Assembly: GCA_947478395.1 (NCBI GenBank)
Contig: CANJVR010000008.1
Coordinates: 17,135-81,134 of the forward strand
Reading direction: 5' to 3'
DNA: 64,000 nucleotides
Source: Opitutia bacterium
GTDB lineage: Bacteria > Verrucomicrobiota > Verrucomicrobiia > Opitutales > Opitutaceae
The number at the start of each line of letters is the position of its first letter. Positions within the stretch are counted from its first letter, which is position 1. Shown here piece after piece: positions 56,717 to 64,000 of this stretch. The position numbers and the translations under genes were made by a program. A model generated the notes under the pieces. It searched no databases and was not told the DNA's origin. It saw only the letters and a program-made list of their open reading frames with translations.

Positions 56717-57398
56717 CGCCGTGCTCACCGCGCGCGCCTTGCGCAAAAGCTACCTGAGCGGCGACCGTCGCATCGAGGTTCTCGGCGGGGTCGATCTCGA
56801 TGTCGCGGCCGGCGAGAGCGTGAGCATCCGCGGCGAATCCGGCTCCGGAAAATCCACGCTGCTCCACCTCCTGGCGGGCCTCGACACCCCCGATAGTGGC
56901 ACGCTGACTTGGGCCGGCTCCCCCGATACCGGCACGGCGCGGCGGGGCGCGTTTCTCGGGATGGTGTTTCAATCATTTTATCTCATCCCCGAACTCAACG
57001 CGCGGGAAAACGTCCTGATGTCGCGCCGCGTGGTCAGTCGGATCGACGCCGCCGCGCGGGCGCGCGCGGACGAACTGCTCGGGCGCGTTGGCTTGCTCGA
57101 ACGGGCGACGCATCTTCCGACCCAACTTTCCGGCGGGGAACGTCAACGCGTCGCGGTGGCGCGGGCGTTGATGAATTCTCCTGCACTGCTCCTCGCCGAT
57201 GAGCCGACGGGTAATCTCGACGAGCGTACGGGAGATTCGATCGTCGAGCTTTTGCTGTCGCTCTGTCGCGAACTGCAAACGGCGCTTGTGCTCGTGACGC
57301 ACAACGCCGCCCACGCGCAGAAAACCAGCCGTCAGCTCTTGTTGCGTGGCGGGAGCTTCGCTCGGGTTTCGGATGAGTGGCCACGTTCCGGATCCTGA
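56709..57398 (+). CDS. lolD: Lipoprotein-releasing ABC transporter ATP-binding protein
   Basis: Walker A GESGSGKST, signature LSGGERQRVAVARAL, Walker B LLLADEPT. The GTG start overlaps the permease gene by 8 nt. Confidence 0.88.
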   Translation: MNNAVLTARALRKSYLSGDRRIEVLGGVDLDVAAGESVSIRGESGSGKSTLLHLLAGLDTPDSGTLTWAGSPDTGTARRGAFLGMVFQSFYLIPELNARENVLMSRRVVSRIDAAARARADELLGRVGLLERATHLPTQLSGGERQRVAVARALMNSPALLLADEPTGNLDERTGDSIVELLLSLCRELQTALVLVTHNAAHAQKTSRQLLLRGGSFARVSDEWPRSGS

Positions 57399-57477
57399 GT
57401 TCCGGCCGCTGAGTTTTTGGGTTCAGGGTTGAGTTATGGGTGAAACGCCCCGCTGATTTCCGGGTATGGCCTTCCTC

Positions 57478-57505
57478 GGAATCCGAAACTCGAAACCCGA
57501 AACGG
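57478..57505. repeat. Heptanucleotide tract CGAAACT CGAAACC CGAAACG in the lolD/oxidoreductase spacer
   Basis: GGAATCCGAAACTCGAAACCCGAAACGG. Its reverse complement carries GTTTCGGGTTTCG, identical to the dnaE tract at 23344. A partner tract TGAGTTCCGGCCGCTGAGTTTTTGGGTTCAGGGTTGAG lies at 57396-57433. Confidence 0.75.
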
Positions 57506-57513
57506 CTGCGCGC

Positions 57514-58482
57514 ATGCGCTGCGGCGTCGCCGGGGTCGGCTCGCTGGGCCAGCATCATGCCCGCATCTACGCTTCGCTGCCGGGCGTGGAACTGGCGGGC
57601 ATCTACGAGACCAACGATGCCCGCGCCGCCGAGATTTGCGCGAAGTTCAACTGCCGCCGTTTCGCCACGCTCGAAGAACTCGGCGAGGGTTGCGATGCGG
57701 TCTCTGTGGTGGTGCCAACCGATCTGCACGCCAAAGTGGCGCTGCCGTTGCTCGCCCGTAAAACCCATCTCCTGATCGAGAAGCCGCTCTGCGCCTCGCT
57801 CGAAGAGGCTGAGCAAGTCCTGGCCGCGGCGCGCGAGCATGGCTGTCTCGTCCAAGTCGGGCACATCGAACATTTCAATCCCGTGATGGCCTTCCTCGAA
57901 AAGGAAGTGAACCATCCGCAGTACATCACGGCGGAGCGGCTCGCCCCGTATCAGCCGCGAGGCACAGAGGTCGGGGTCGTGCTTGACCTGATGATTCACG
58001 ACATCGGCATCGTGCTCGCGCTGGTGAAATCGCCCATCGCGCGCATCGATAGCGTCGGAGTCAGCGTGCTGTCGAAAACCGAAGACATCGCCAACGCCCG
58101 CCTGCAATTCGAGAACGGCTGCGTCGCCAACCTCAGCGCCAGCCGCATGAGCTTGAAGAAGGCGCGCGAGATCCGCGTCTTTCAGGACAACGCCTATCTC
58201 TCGCTCGATTTCATGGGTCAGGCCGGGCACCTCGTGAAGAAGAGCGAGATCATCGCCTACGGGTTAAAAATGAAAATCGGCCTGGTGAAGGCGGGCGATG
58301 TGAGTTCGATCCCGGTGCAGGAAATTCCCATCGAGAAGGGCGAGCCGCTGGCGCTGGAGCTCGCGTCTTTCGTCGATAGCGTGAAGCGCGCGCAGCAACC
58401 GAAGGTCGGCGCGGCTCTCGGTAAATCCGCGCTCGAAGTGGCGATCACAATCACGGAGCAGATTCGCGCCGCGAAACGGTGA
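57514..58482 (+). CDS. Gfo/Idh/MocA-family NAD(P)-dependent oxidoreductase
   Basis: The ATG at 57514 gives MRCGVAGVGSLGQHHARIY (Rossmann GxGxxG), followed by an EKP motif (LLIEKPL). Immediately upstream of lpxB. Confidence 0.8.
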   Translation: MRCGVAGVGSLGQHHARIYASLPGVELAGIYETNDARAAEICAKFNCRRFATLEELGEGCDAVSVVVPTDLHAKVALPLLARKTHLLIEKPLCASLEEAEQVLAAAREHGCLVQVGHIEHFNPVMAFLEKEVNHPQYITAERLAPYQPRGTEVGVVLDLMIHDIGIVLALVKSPIARIDSVGVSVLSKTEDIANARLQFENGCVANLSASRMSLKKAREIRVFQDNAYLSLDFMGQAGHLVKKSEIIAYGLKMKIGLVKAGDVSSIPVQEIPIEKGEPLALELASFVDSVKRAQQPKVGAALGKSALEVAITITEQIRAAKR

Positions 58483-58558
58483 AGACCATGCGATCAGCCG
58501 GCAGTGCGGATGCCCTCGTCCGCCCGGGGCGAATTCAGCCGGGGGCGGCCGCACGCGC

Positions 58559-59722
58559 ATGACGACTTTCCGCCTGACAGCGCCCACCGCCGGCCGCGTG
58601 GATTTGCTCGTCATCGCCGGTGAACATTCCGGCGACGAACACGCGGCGCGCGCGATCCGCGAACTGCGCGTTGCCCAACCCGGTCTGGCCATCGTCGCGC
58701 TCGGCGGGCCGCAAATCGCCGCCGCGGGCGCCCAGCTTTTGCACGACCTCACGGCTTCGTCCGTCGTTGGCCTCGTGGAGGTGCTGAAGAATTATTCTTT
58801 TTTCCGCGCGTTGCTCGATGAAATCCTGCGCTGGATCGGCGAGCACCGGCCGCGCGCGGTGTTGTTGGTCGATTATCCCGGTTTGAATCTCCGGATTGCC
58901 GCCGCGCTGCGCGAACGCGGGCTCTCGGTTAAAGGCGGCGGCAATATCAAACTGCTGTACTATATTTCGCCGCAGATTTGGGCGTGGAAGGCGAAGCGCC
59001 GTTTCACGATGGCCCGCGATCTCGACGGGCTCGCCGTGATTTTCCCGTTCGAAGTGAAATGCTACGCGGACACCCCGCTGCCGGTGGAATTCGTCGGTCA
59101 TCCGTTTCTCGCGCCCGACTATGCGAGTCCCGTACGCTACGATCCCGCGGGGCCGATCCTGCTGTTGCCCGGCAGCCGGCGTCAGGCCGTGGGACGAATT
59201 TTCCCCATGCTCCTCGCGGGTTTCGCTCAATTTCACCGCGACGTTACCGAGCGATCGGCGACCGTGCTTTATCCGAGCGACGACATCTTGGCTGTGCTGC
59301 GTTCGCTCAACCCGCCCCGTTCCGTTGAACTCCGTCCCGGCGGGACGCCGGTCGCGGCGTCGGCGGTGCTGACATCGAGCGGAACCATGTCGATGCACTG
59401 CGCCCTCGCGGGCATCCCGGGTGCGGTCGTTTATCGGGCGAATCCGCTCACTTATTGGCTCGGCCGCTGGCTGGTGAAGGTGCCGTATCTCGGGATCGCA
59501 AACCTGCTGTTGGGCGAGCCGATGTATCCCGAATACATTCAAGACGCGGCGACGCCCGATGCGCTGGCCGCGGAATTGCGGGCCAGCCTCGACCAGCCGG
59601 CTCGTCGGGCCGAAACCGCGCGTCAGGCGGCAAGGTTACGCGCCCTGCTGGGGCGTGCGGAGGGCGGAACGATGGCGGATTGGCTGGGCCGGCAGCTGGA
59701 TGGATCCGGCCGCCCGTGTTAA
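58559..59722 (+). CDS. lpxB: Lipid-A-disaccharide synthase
   Basis: 387 aa. LLVIAGEHSGDEHAARAI, LVDYPGLNLRIA, YYISPQIWAWK and LLPGSR are LpxB signatures. Confidence 0.9.
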   Translation: MTTFRLTAPTAGRVDLLVIAGEHSGDEHAARAIRELRVAQPGLAIVALGGPQIAAAGAQLLHDLTASSVVGLVEVLKNYSFFRALLDEILRWIGEHRPRAVLLVDYPGLNLRIAAALRERGLSVKGGGNIKLLYYISPQIWAWKAKRRFTMARDLDGLAVIFPFEVKCYADTPLPVEFVGHPFLAPDYASPVRYDPAGPILLLPGSRRQAVGRIFPMLLAGFAQFHRDVTERSATVLYPSDDILAVLRSLNPPRSVELRPGGTPVAASAVLTSSGTMSMHCALAGIPGAVVYRANPLTYWLGRWLVKVPYLGIANLLLGEPMYPEYIQDAATPDALAAELRASLDQPARRAETARQAARLRALLGRAEGGTMADWLGRQLDGSGRPC

Positions 59723-59799
59723 TTGAGTTGGCGTGAAAGCCCGGCGATTGACGGGATCGTATGCGATGCCTGTCGCGGTACGCTCCCCGACTTCTCCGG

Positions 59800-60190
59800 G
59801 TTCGTAGTCGCACGCTCCCTGGGCTCGCACGGGTGGTCCGGCGTGGGCGCGTCCCTGTTCCGGGCGTGGCGATGCTGCGCAAGCTGGGCTATCGGAGGGA
59901 CGCCGTGGCGAACGGACTCGAGTTGATCGATGCGCCGCGGCGCCAAGCCTGCGACATCATCCTGATGGATCTGCGACTGACCGAGACGGATGGACGGGAG
60001 GCGCACCGGCGATTCGCGCGAGCTAGGCTGGCTTAACCGGAGCTACCGTGAATCGAGGCGCCGACGACGTACGCGATGCAAGGCGACGGGGAACTCTGTT
60101 TGGCCGGCTGGTACGGACAACTACATCAAAAAGGTACCGAAGCTCGATGAACTCGTCGCTGCGTTCCCCGCGGATGAAGCACCCGAAGGG
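59800..60190 (+). pseudogene. Decayed response-regulator receiver domain (frameshifted, internal stops)
   Basis: Receiver-like pieces are spread over three frames. Frame 1: MLRKLGYRRDAVANGLELIDAPRRQACDIILMDLRLTETDGREAHRRF, then a stop. Frame 2: TYAMQGDGELCLAG. Frame 3: AGTDNYIKKVPKLDELVAAF. The N-terminal acidic pocket is unrecognisable. Confidence 0.5.
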
Positions 60191-60227
60191 CTGAACACGC
60201 GTGCGGTCGTCGGGTAGAGCGGTGGGT

Positions 60228-61325
60228 TCAGCGCGTAACGCGGGGTGACGGCACCCCGCCTCCATCAGAATCGATTTCAGTCGCTCTTATTTTGAGCGTC
60301 GCGATCTGAGGCTCGACCTGCCGCCAAAGGGCCTCGGCTTTCGCCGTCAGAATCTCACGCGCGTGTGAAACTTCAGCTGCGCGCGCCGCGCGGTTTTGCT
60401 CCGCGATCTTGGCGAGATCGTCGAGGTTGTAGAGAAACACGTTTTCGATTTCTGCCACGCCCGTCTCGATGTCGCGGGGCAGGGCCAGATCGATGCAGAG
60501 CAATGGCCGCGTCGGACGGCGGCGCATCGCGGCGGCGACGGCGCCGGTCAGCACCACGGCGTCGGGCGCCGCGGTCGAGCCGACCACGATGTCGAATTCA
60601 GCGAGGCGCGCTTCATGTTGCCCAAACGGCAGCGCGCTCGCGCCGAGCTGCGTGGCGAGCTCCATCGCGCGTTCGAGCCGTCGGCTGGCGACGGTGAGCG
60701 TGGCCGCGCCGCGGCTTTGAAACGCCTTGGCGGTCTTTTCGCCGATGTCACCGGCACCAAGCAGGAGAACGTGCGCTTGGGCGAGATCGCCAAAAATGTT
60801 GAGCGCGAGATCGACGGCCACGTTGGCCACGCTGACTTGTCCCGCGGTGATGGCAGTGTGGGTACGCACATGCTTCGCGGCCTGAAATGCTTTTTGGAAA
60901 ACACGGTTGAGCACCGGTCCGGTGGCACCGCGGGCCTGGGCTGACGCGTAGGCGGCCTTCACCTGCCCGAAGATTTCCGTCTCGCCGAGCATTTGCGAGT
61001 CGAGTCCAGCGGCCACTTCGAGGAGGTGGCGGACGGCCTCGAGACCGCCGAGGCTCAGGCGGAAGGCCGCAAATTCATCCCGGGAAAATTTTTGCCGTGC
61101 GCAGAAGGCTGCCTCCACGTGGGCGACGTGCGCAGGGGCGTCGGCCACACCGTAAAACTCGACGCGATTGCAGGTGTTGAGCACCGCGAGTTCGCGCACG
61201 CCCGCGGCGGCGAGCTCGGCATGGAGCGCGGCCACCCCGGCGTCGTCGAGCGCGAGCTTTTCCCTCACGGCCAGCGGCGCGCGATGGTGGGTGGCGCCCA
61301 GCAGAAAAAATCCGGCGGTACTCAT
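60228..61325 (-). CDS. hemA: Glutamyl-tRNA reductase
   Basis: The ATG at 61325 gives MSTAGFFLLGATHHRAPLAVREKLAL...LNTCNRVEFY. NADPH-binding LLLGAGDIGE. ATGA overlap with the upstream gene. Confidence 0.92.
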   Translation of the reverse strand: MSTAGFFLLGATHHRAPLAVREKLALDDAGVAALHAELAAAGVRELAVLNTCNRVEFYGVADAPAHVAHVEAAFCARQKFSRDEFAAFRLSLGGLEAVRHLLEVAAGLDSQMLGETEIFGQVKAAYASAQARGATGPVLNRVFQKAFQAAKHVRTHTAITAGQVSVANVAVDLALNIFGDLAQAHVLLLGAGDIGEKTAKAFQSRGAATLTVASRRLERAMELATQLGASALPFGQHEARLAEFDIVVGSTAAPDAVVLTGAVAAAMRRRPTRPLLCIDLALPRDIETGVAEIENVFLYNLDDLAKIAEQNRAARAAEVSHAREILTAKAEALWRQVEPQIATLKIRATEIDSDGGGVPSPRVTR

Positions 61326-62176
61326 GGTTGCCGGGGGACGATTTGAGGTGGGGGCGTCGACACGGGATGCCGGCTGGCGTCGACCGCGCTGAGTGAAAGC
61401 ATGGCGGCGGCAAATAGCGTGAGCCCCGTCCACGCAAACCGTTTGGCCAGTAGTTGTCCGCGCCAGCGCAGGATGAACGCGATCAGCGACGCGAGCCAGA
61501 CCGCGATCGTGAGCAGAAGTTTTGCGGGGTCGACGCTGCCGGGTTCACGCAGCCAGTACACCGAGCCCATGACGAGTGATGCCGCCAGTAAGAAGACCGC
61601 GGTGGCGAGCAGGCGCACGCCGATGTGGTCCAGATCGACCATCGACGGCAGCACGGCGAAGAACCCTCCGAGATGTTTCGATTTCAGCGAGAAATTCCGA
61701 AGCAGCAGCATGAGCGACGTGAGCGCGAGCAGCGCCAGCACGCCGTAGCTGAACAGCGCGAGTGCCGCGTGAAGTTCGATCCAGGGATTGTCGCCGAAAA
61801 TTTTTGCCCGGTGTTCGGCGTCCCACGCCGGAAAGGCCAGAGAGATCAACGTGACCGTCGCCGCCAGGCCCGCGGTGAAATATCCGAGCACGCTCGAGCG
61901 AAACGCGACGCCGACGACGAGATAAAGCGTGATGGCCGACCACGCGGTGAACTGATAAATTTCAAAGGCGTTCCCGAGCGGGCAGCCGCCCACGGCCTGC
62001 CCGCGCAAACCGAGCCCGACCAGTTGCAGCAGGTATCCGATGGCCGTCAGCGTGTAGACCGCCGCACCGGAAGGCCGGCCGCGTCGCCAGAGCGACCACG
62101 TTCCCAGCAGAAACCCCCCGAGATAGAAGGCGGCGGCGAGCCAAAGCCATTGGCGATCGGTGATGGCGGCAAACAT
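61322..62176 (-). CDS. Cytochrome c assembly family membrane protein (CcsA/HemX/YpjD-like)
   Basis: 284 aa, about 8 TM helices, typical position directly upstream of hemA. Confidence 0.75.
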   Translation of the reverse strand: MFAAITDRQWLWLAAAFYLGGFLLGTWSLWRRGRPSGAAVYTLTAIGYLLQLVGLGLRGQAVGGCPLGNAFEIYQFTAWSAITLYLVVGVAFRSSVLGYFTAGLAATVTLISLAFPAWDAEHRAKIFGDNPWIELHAALALFSYGVLALLALTSLMLLLRNFSLKSKHLGGFFAVLPSMVDLDHIGVRLLATAVFLLAASLVMGSVYWLREPGSVDPAKLLLTIAVWLASLIAFILRWRGQLLAKRFAWTGLTLFAAAMLSLSAVDASRHPVSTPPPQIVPRQP

Positions 62177-62374
62177 GGAAGGGGAACGCTACCTTCGCCG
62201 GCGGATGGAGCAAGTCCAAGGCAGTTCGGCCACAAAAAGGTTCAAGGTTTGGCTAGAGCAGCGAAAAGGCCTTCCCTAGCGCCTATTGGGGCTCGGGAAA
62301 ATCGGCCGACGTCCTGGAAAATTTTGGTGCCTTTTCGTGACCAAAAACTCCGAGGCTTTAACTTTGTGCCGTCG

Positions 62375-62866
62375 CTATTTTCCCGGCGCCCATTTGACGA
62401 GGAAGGCATTTACCTTCGCGGCGCTGTGGCCTTCGCCGTCTTCAAGTACGCCCGATTCCTGGGTGGTGAGCTGCTGGCCTGCGGCGTTGAGCACCACGAA
62501 CACCGGGAGACCTTCCTGCAACGGATTGCCGTAGCGGAGATTCACGTCGTAGTTGCGCTTTTCGCCGTGGCGCCAGTTGGAATCGATGAGGACCAGTACG
62601 TAATTTTCTCGGAGGTTTTTGGCGACGCTGACATCGGTCTCCATGGTGTGATGCAGCCGGTGGCACCAGACACACCAGTTGGCTCCGAACATGAGTAGCA
62701 CATTTTTGTGACTGGTCTTGGCGGTGGCGAGTGCAGCCGCGATCTGGGCGTTGCCGTCGGATTTCGGGTCGTAGATATCCGACCCTAGCGCGGGGTATTC
62801 GGGCGCGGCCCGGACGATCGAGGACGCAGCCAATGCGAGCAACAGCAAGAGGGGTAGCCTTTTCAT
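62375..62866 (-). CDS. Secreted thioredoxin-fold protein
   Basis: ATG at 62866; the ORF-track first codon is TTG. Signal peptide MKRLPLLLLLALAASSIVRAA. Redox motif FGANWCVWCH. Confidence 0.8.
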   Translation of the reverse strand: MKRLPLLLLLALAASSIVRAAPEYPALGSDIYDPKSDGNAQIAAALATAKTSHKNVLLMFGANWCVWCHRLHHTMETDVSVAKNLRENYVLVLIDSNWRHGEKRNYDVNLRYGNPLQEGLPVFVVLNAAGQQLTTQESGVLEDGEGHSAAKVNAFLVKWAPGK

Positions 62867-62906
62867 CAAACGTCGGAACTAACGCGAACGTCCGGATGGA
62901 CAAAAG

Positions 62907-63710
62907 CTAATTTCGACGGGCGACCCAGAAACGGCATTCGTCGGAGAAATCGCGCACCGCCGCCGACTCCCTGGCGATCTCGCGGCGCATCGCGTCGAAG
63001 ACGGGAGTCCAGCCGGTGGCGACGAGGTCGGCGAGAATTTCGGCGCGATCGGGCAGGTGCATAAACGTACGCCCGGTACCGGCCTCTTCGAAGTAGCGGT
63101 CGCCGAATTCGTGGAGACGTGAGTCCTGTTCACCGCGTTCCCAGCGACCAGCTTCCAGCCGCCAGAGCGCGCGTTCCGTCGGCGAGCCGTCGCGGTCGTG
63201 CGTGGTGAATAGAAAGGGCGCGTCCGGGCGACAAACGCGGTGCAACATCCGGAGTGCCGCCCGACGTTTCGCCCGACGTGGAATCTGCATGAGCCCGTTG
63301 AAGAGAAAAAACGCCCCCGCAAACGGCGCCGGCCTCCGTGCTTTGTAGCCTAGTAGGGTACTCGTTGCAGCCGCGGTCGCGTCGGCGTGGACAAATTTTA
63401 TCGCGGAGGCGCCGCGATCATTCGCGAGTTGACGGGCCTGATTGAGAAGTTCGCTGGCGAAGTCGAAGGCGGTGAGCGCGCGATAGCCTTGATCCCACAG
63501 GCCGATCGTGGCGCGACCGGCCCCGCATCCGGCTTCGAGCAGCGGCCCGGATTTGTCCGGGAAGAAGCGCTGGATCAGGGCGAGTTCTGATGCCCACAGC
63601 CCTAGAAAATGCGCGGCGCGCGCGTAGTGGACCACGGCGAGCGGGTCGTTGAAGTCGGCGCGAACCGTAGCGGTAGAAATTTTTCTCGGCACGGACGGAA
63701 TGGGCCTCAC
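62907..63710 (-). CDS. Class I SAM-dependent methyltransferase
   Basis: 267 aa, GTG start. Motif I LLEAGCGAGRATIGL, acidic loop AFDFA. Confidence 0.8.
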   Translation of the reverse strand: MRPIPSVPRKISTATVRADFNDPLAVVHYARAAHFLGLWASELALIQRFFPDKSGPLLEAGCGAGRATIGLWDQGYRALTAFDFASELLNQARQLANDRGASAIKFVHADATAAATSTLLGYKARRPAPFAGAFFLFNGLMQIPRRAKRRAALRMLHRVCRPDAPFLFTTHDRDGSPTERALWRLEAGRWERGEQDSRLHEFGDRYFEEAGTGRTFMHLPDRAEILADLVATGWTPVFDAMRREIARESAAVRDFSDECRFWVARRN

Positions 63711-63886
63711 GCCACGATCGCGACGTGTGGGCTGATCGATGTGGGCGGGGTGCCCTCACCCCGCAGAATGTCGCTCAACCCGCGGCGTCCAAGCGGGGTG
63801 AGGGCCCCCCGCCCATAGCTGTCGGCTACCGCTCCGACGAAAGCGGCGCGTTCGTTTCGGGTTTCAGAATGACGAGCAGAAAACAT
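63707..63886 (-). CDS. Possible small protein (59 aa) coupled to the methyltransferase
   Basis: The ATG at 63886 gives MFSARHSETRNERAAFVGAVADSYGRGALTPLGRRGLSDILRGEGTPPTSISPHVAIVA. Its stop forms a GTGA overlap with the methyltransferase start. The same frame stays open to the window edge at 64000. No recognisable domain, and the ORF contains a 21/22 inverted repeat. Confidence 0.25.
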   Translation of the reverse strand: MFSARHSETRNERAAFVGAVADSYGRGALTPLGRRGLSDILRGEGTPPTSISPHVAIVA

Positions 63887-64000
63887 TTTTAGACGCCCGA
63901 ACTTCGACGATGCTTTGCCGCCACTCTCTGAGAGAATTGAACTCGTTGTCTCGTTCGCCCTTCGCCCGACGAACTCATTTTTTCCGGCGCCAGGCGGCGA

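Noticed and set aside
1-64000. Search for mobile-element hallmarks, prophage genes, CRISPR-cas, restriction-modification or known defence genes
   Set aside because: No integrase, transposase, recombinase, capsid/terminase, cas, methylase-nuclease pair or tRNA attachment site is recognisable. The window reads as core chromosome. The only accessory-like content is the metal-resistance block at 4.2-12.4 kb.

Overview
High-GC chromosomal segment (roughly two-thirds G+C by eye, not computed) with about 55 protein-coding genes. I found no rRNA, tRNA, CRISPR array, transposase, integrase or phage gene. A DUF1592/cytochrome-c protein paired with a Tat-signal DUF1552 protein, a fused MFS/spermidine-synthase protein and mostly weak Shine-Dalgarno sequences suggest a PVC-superphylum genome, probably Verrucomicrobiota/Opitutales-like (inference only). 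Most of the window is housekeeping: cbpA-like J-protein, pyk, dnaE, rpsU, mutY, rnhC+rnhB, dcp, engB, rlmJ, lipB-lipA, lysS, lolC/lolD, lpxB, hemA. The accessory-looking part is 4.2-15.3 kb. It holds an Nramp transporter, a Cu/Ag-type CusBA RND pump led by a small secreted Cys-rich protein, a divergent three-gene CnrYXH-like ECF sigma module, and a TonB-dependent receptor. I do not see a convincing new multi-gene defence-type system. The best unexplained signals are: (1) a REP-like palindromic element in five intergenic copies; (2) a second family of short AT-richer heptanucleotide tracts, found in several spacers and as three in-frame low-complexity segments inside dnaE; (3) a WYL-domain regulator divergent from an unrecognisable 211-aa gene; (4) a PTPS + FolE2 + SDR pterin cluster; (5) the metal-pump/ECF module, which has no outer-membrane factor. 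Many long ORFs in the six-frame track are GC-driven antisense shadows and were rejected. The track translates GTG/TTG starts as M, so several starts were re-assigned by inspection.
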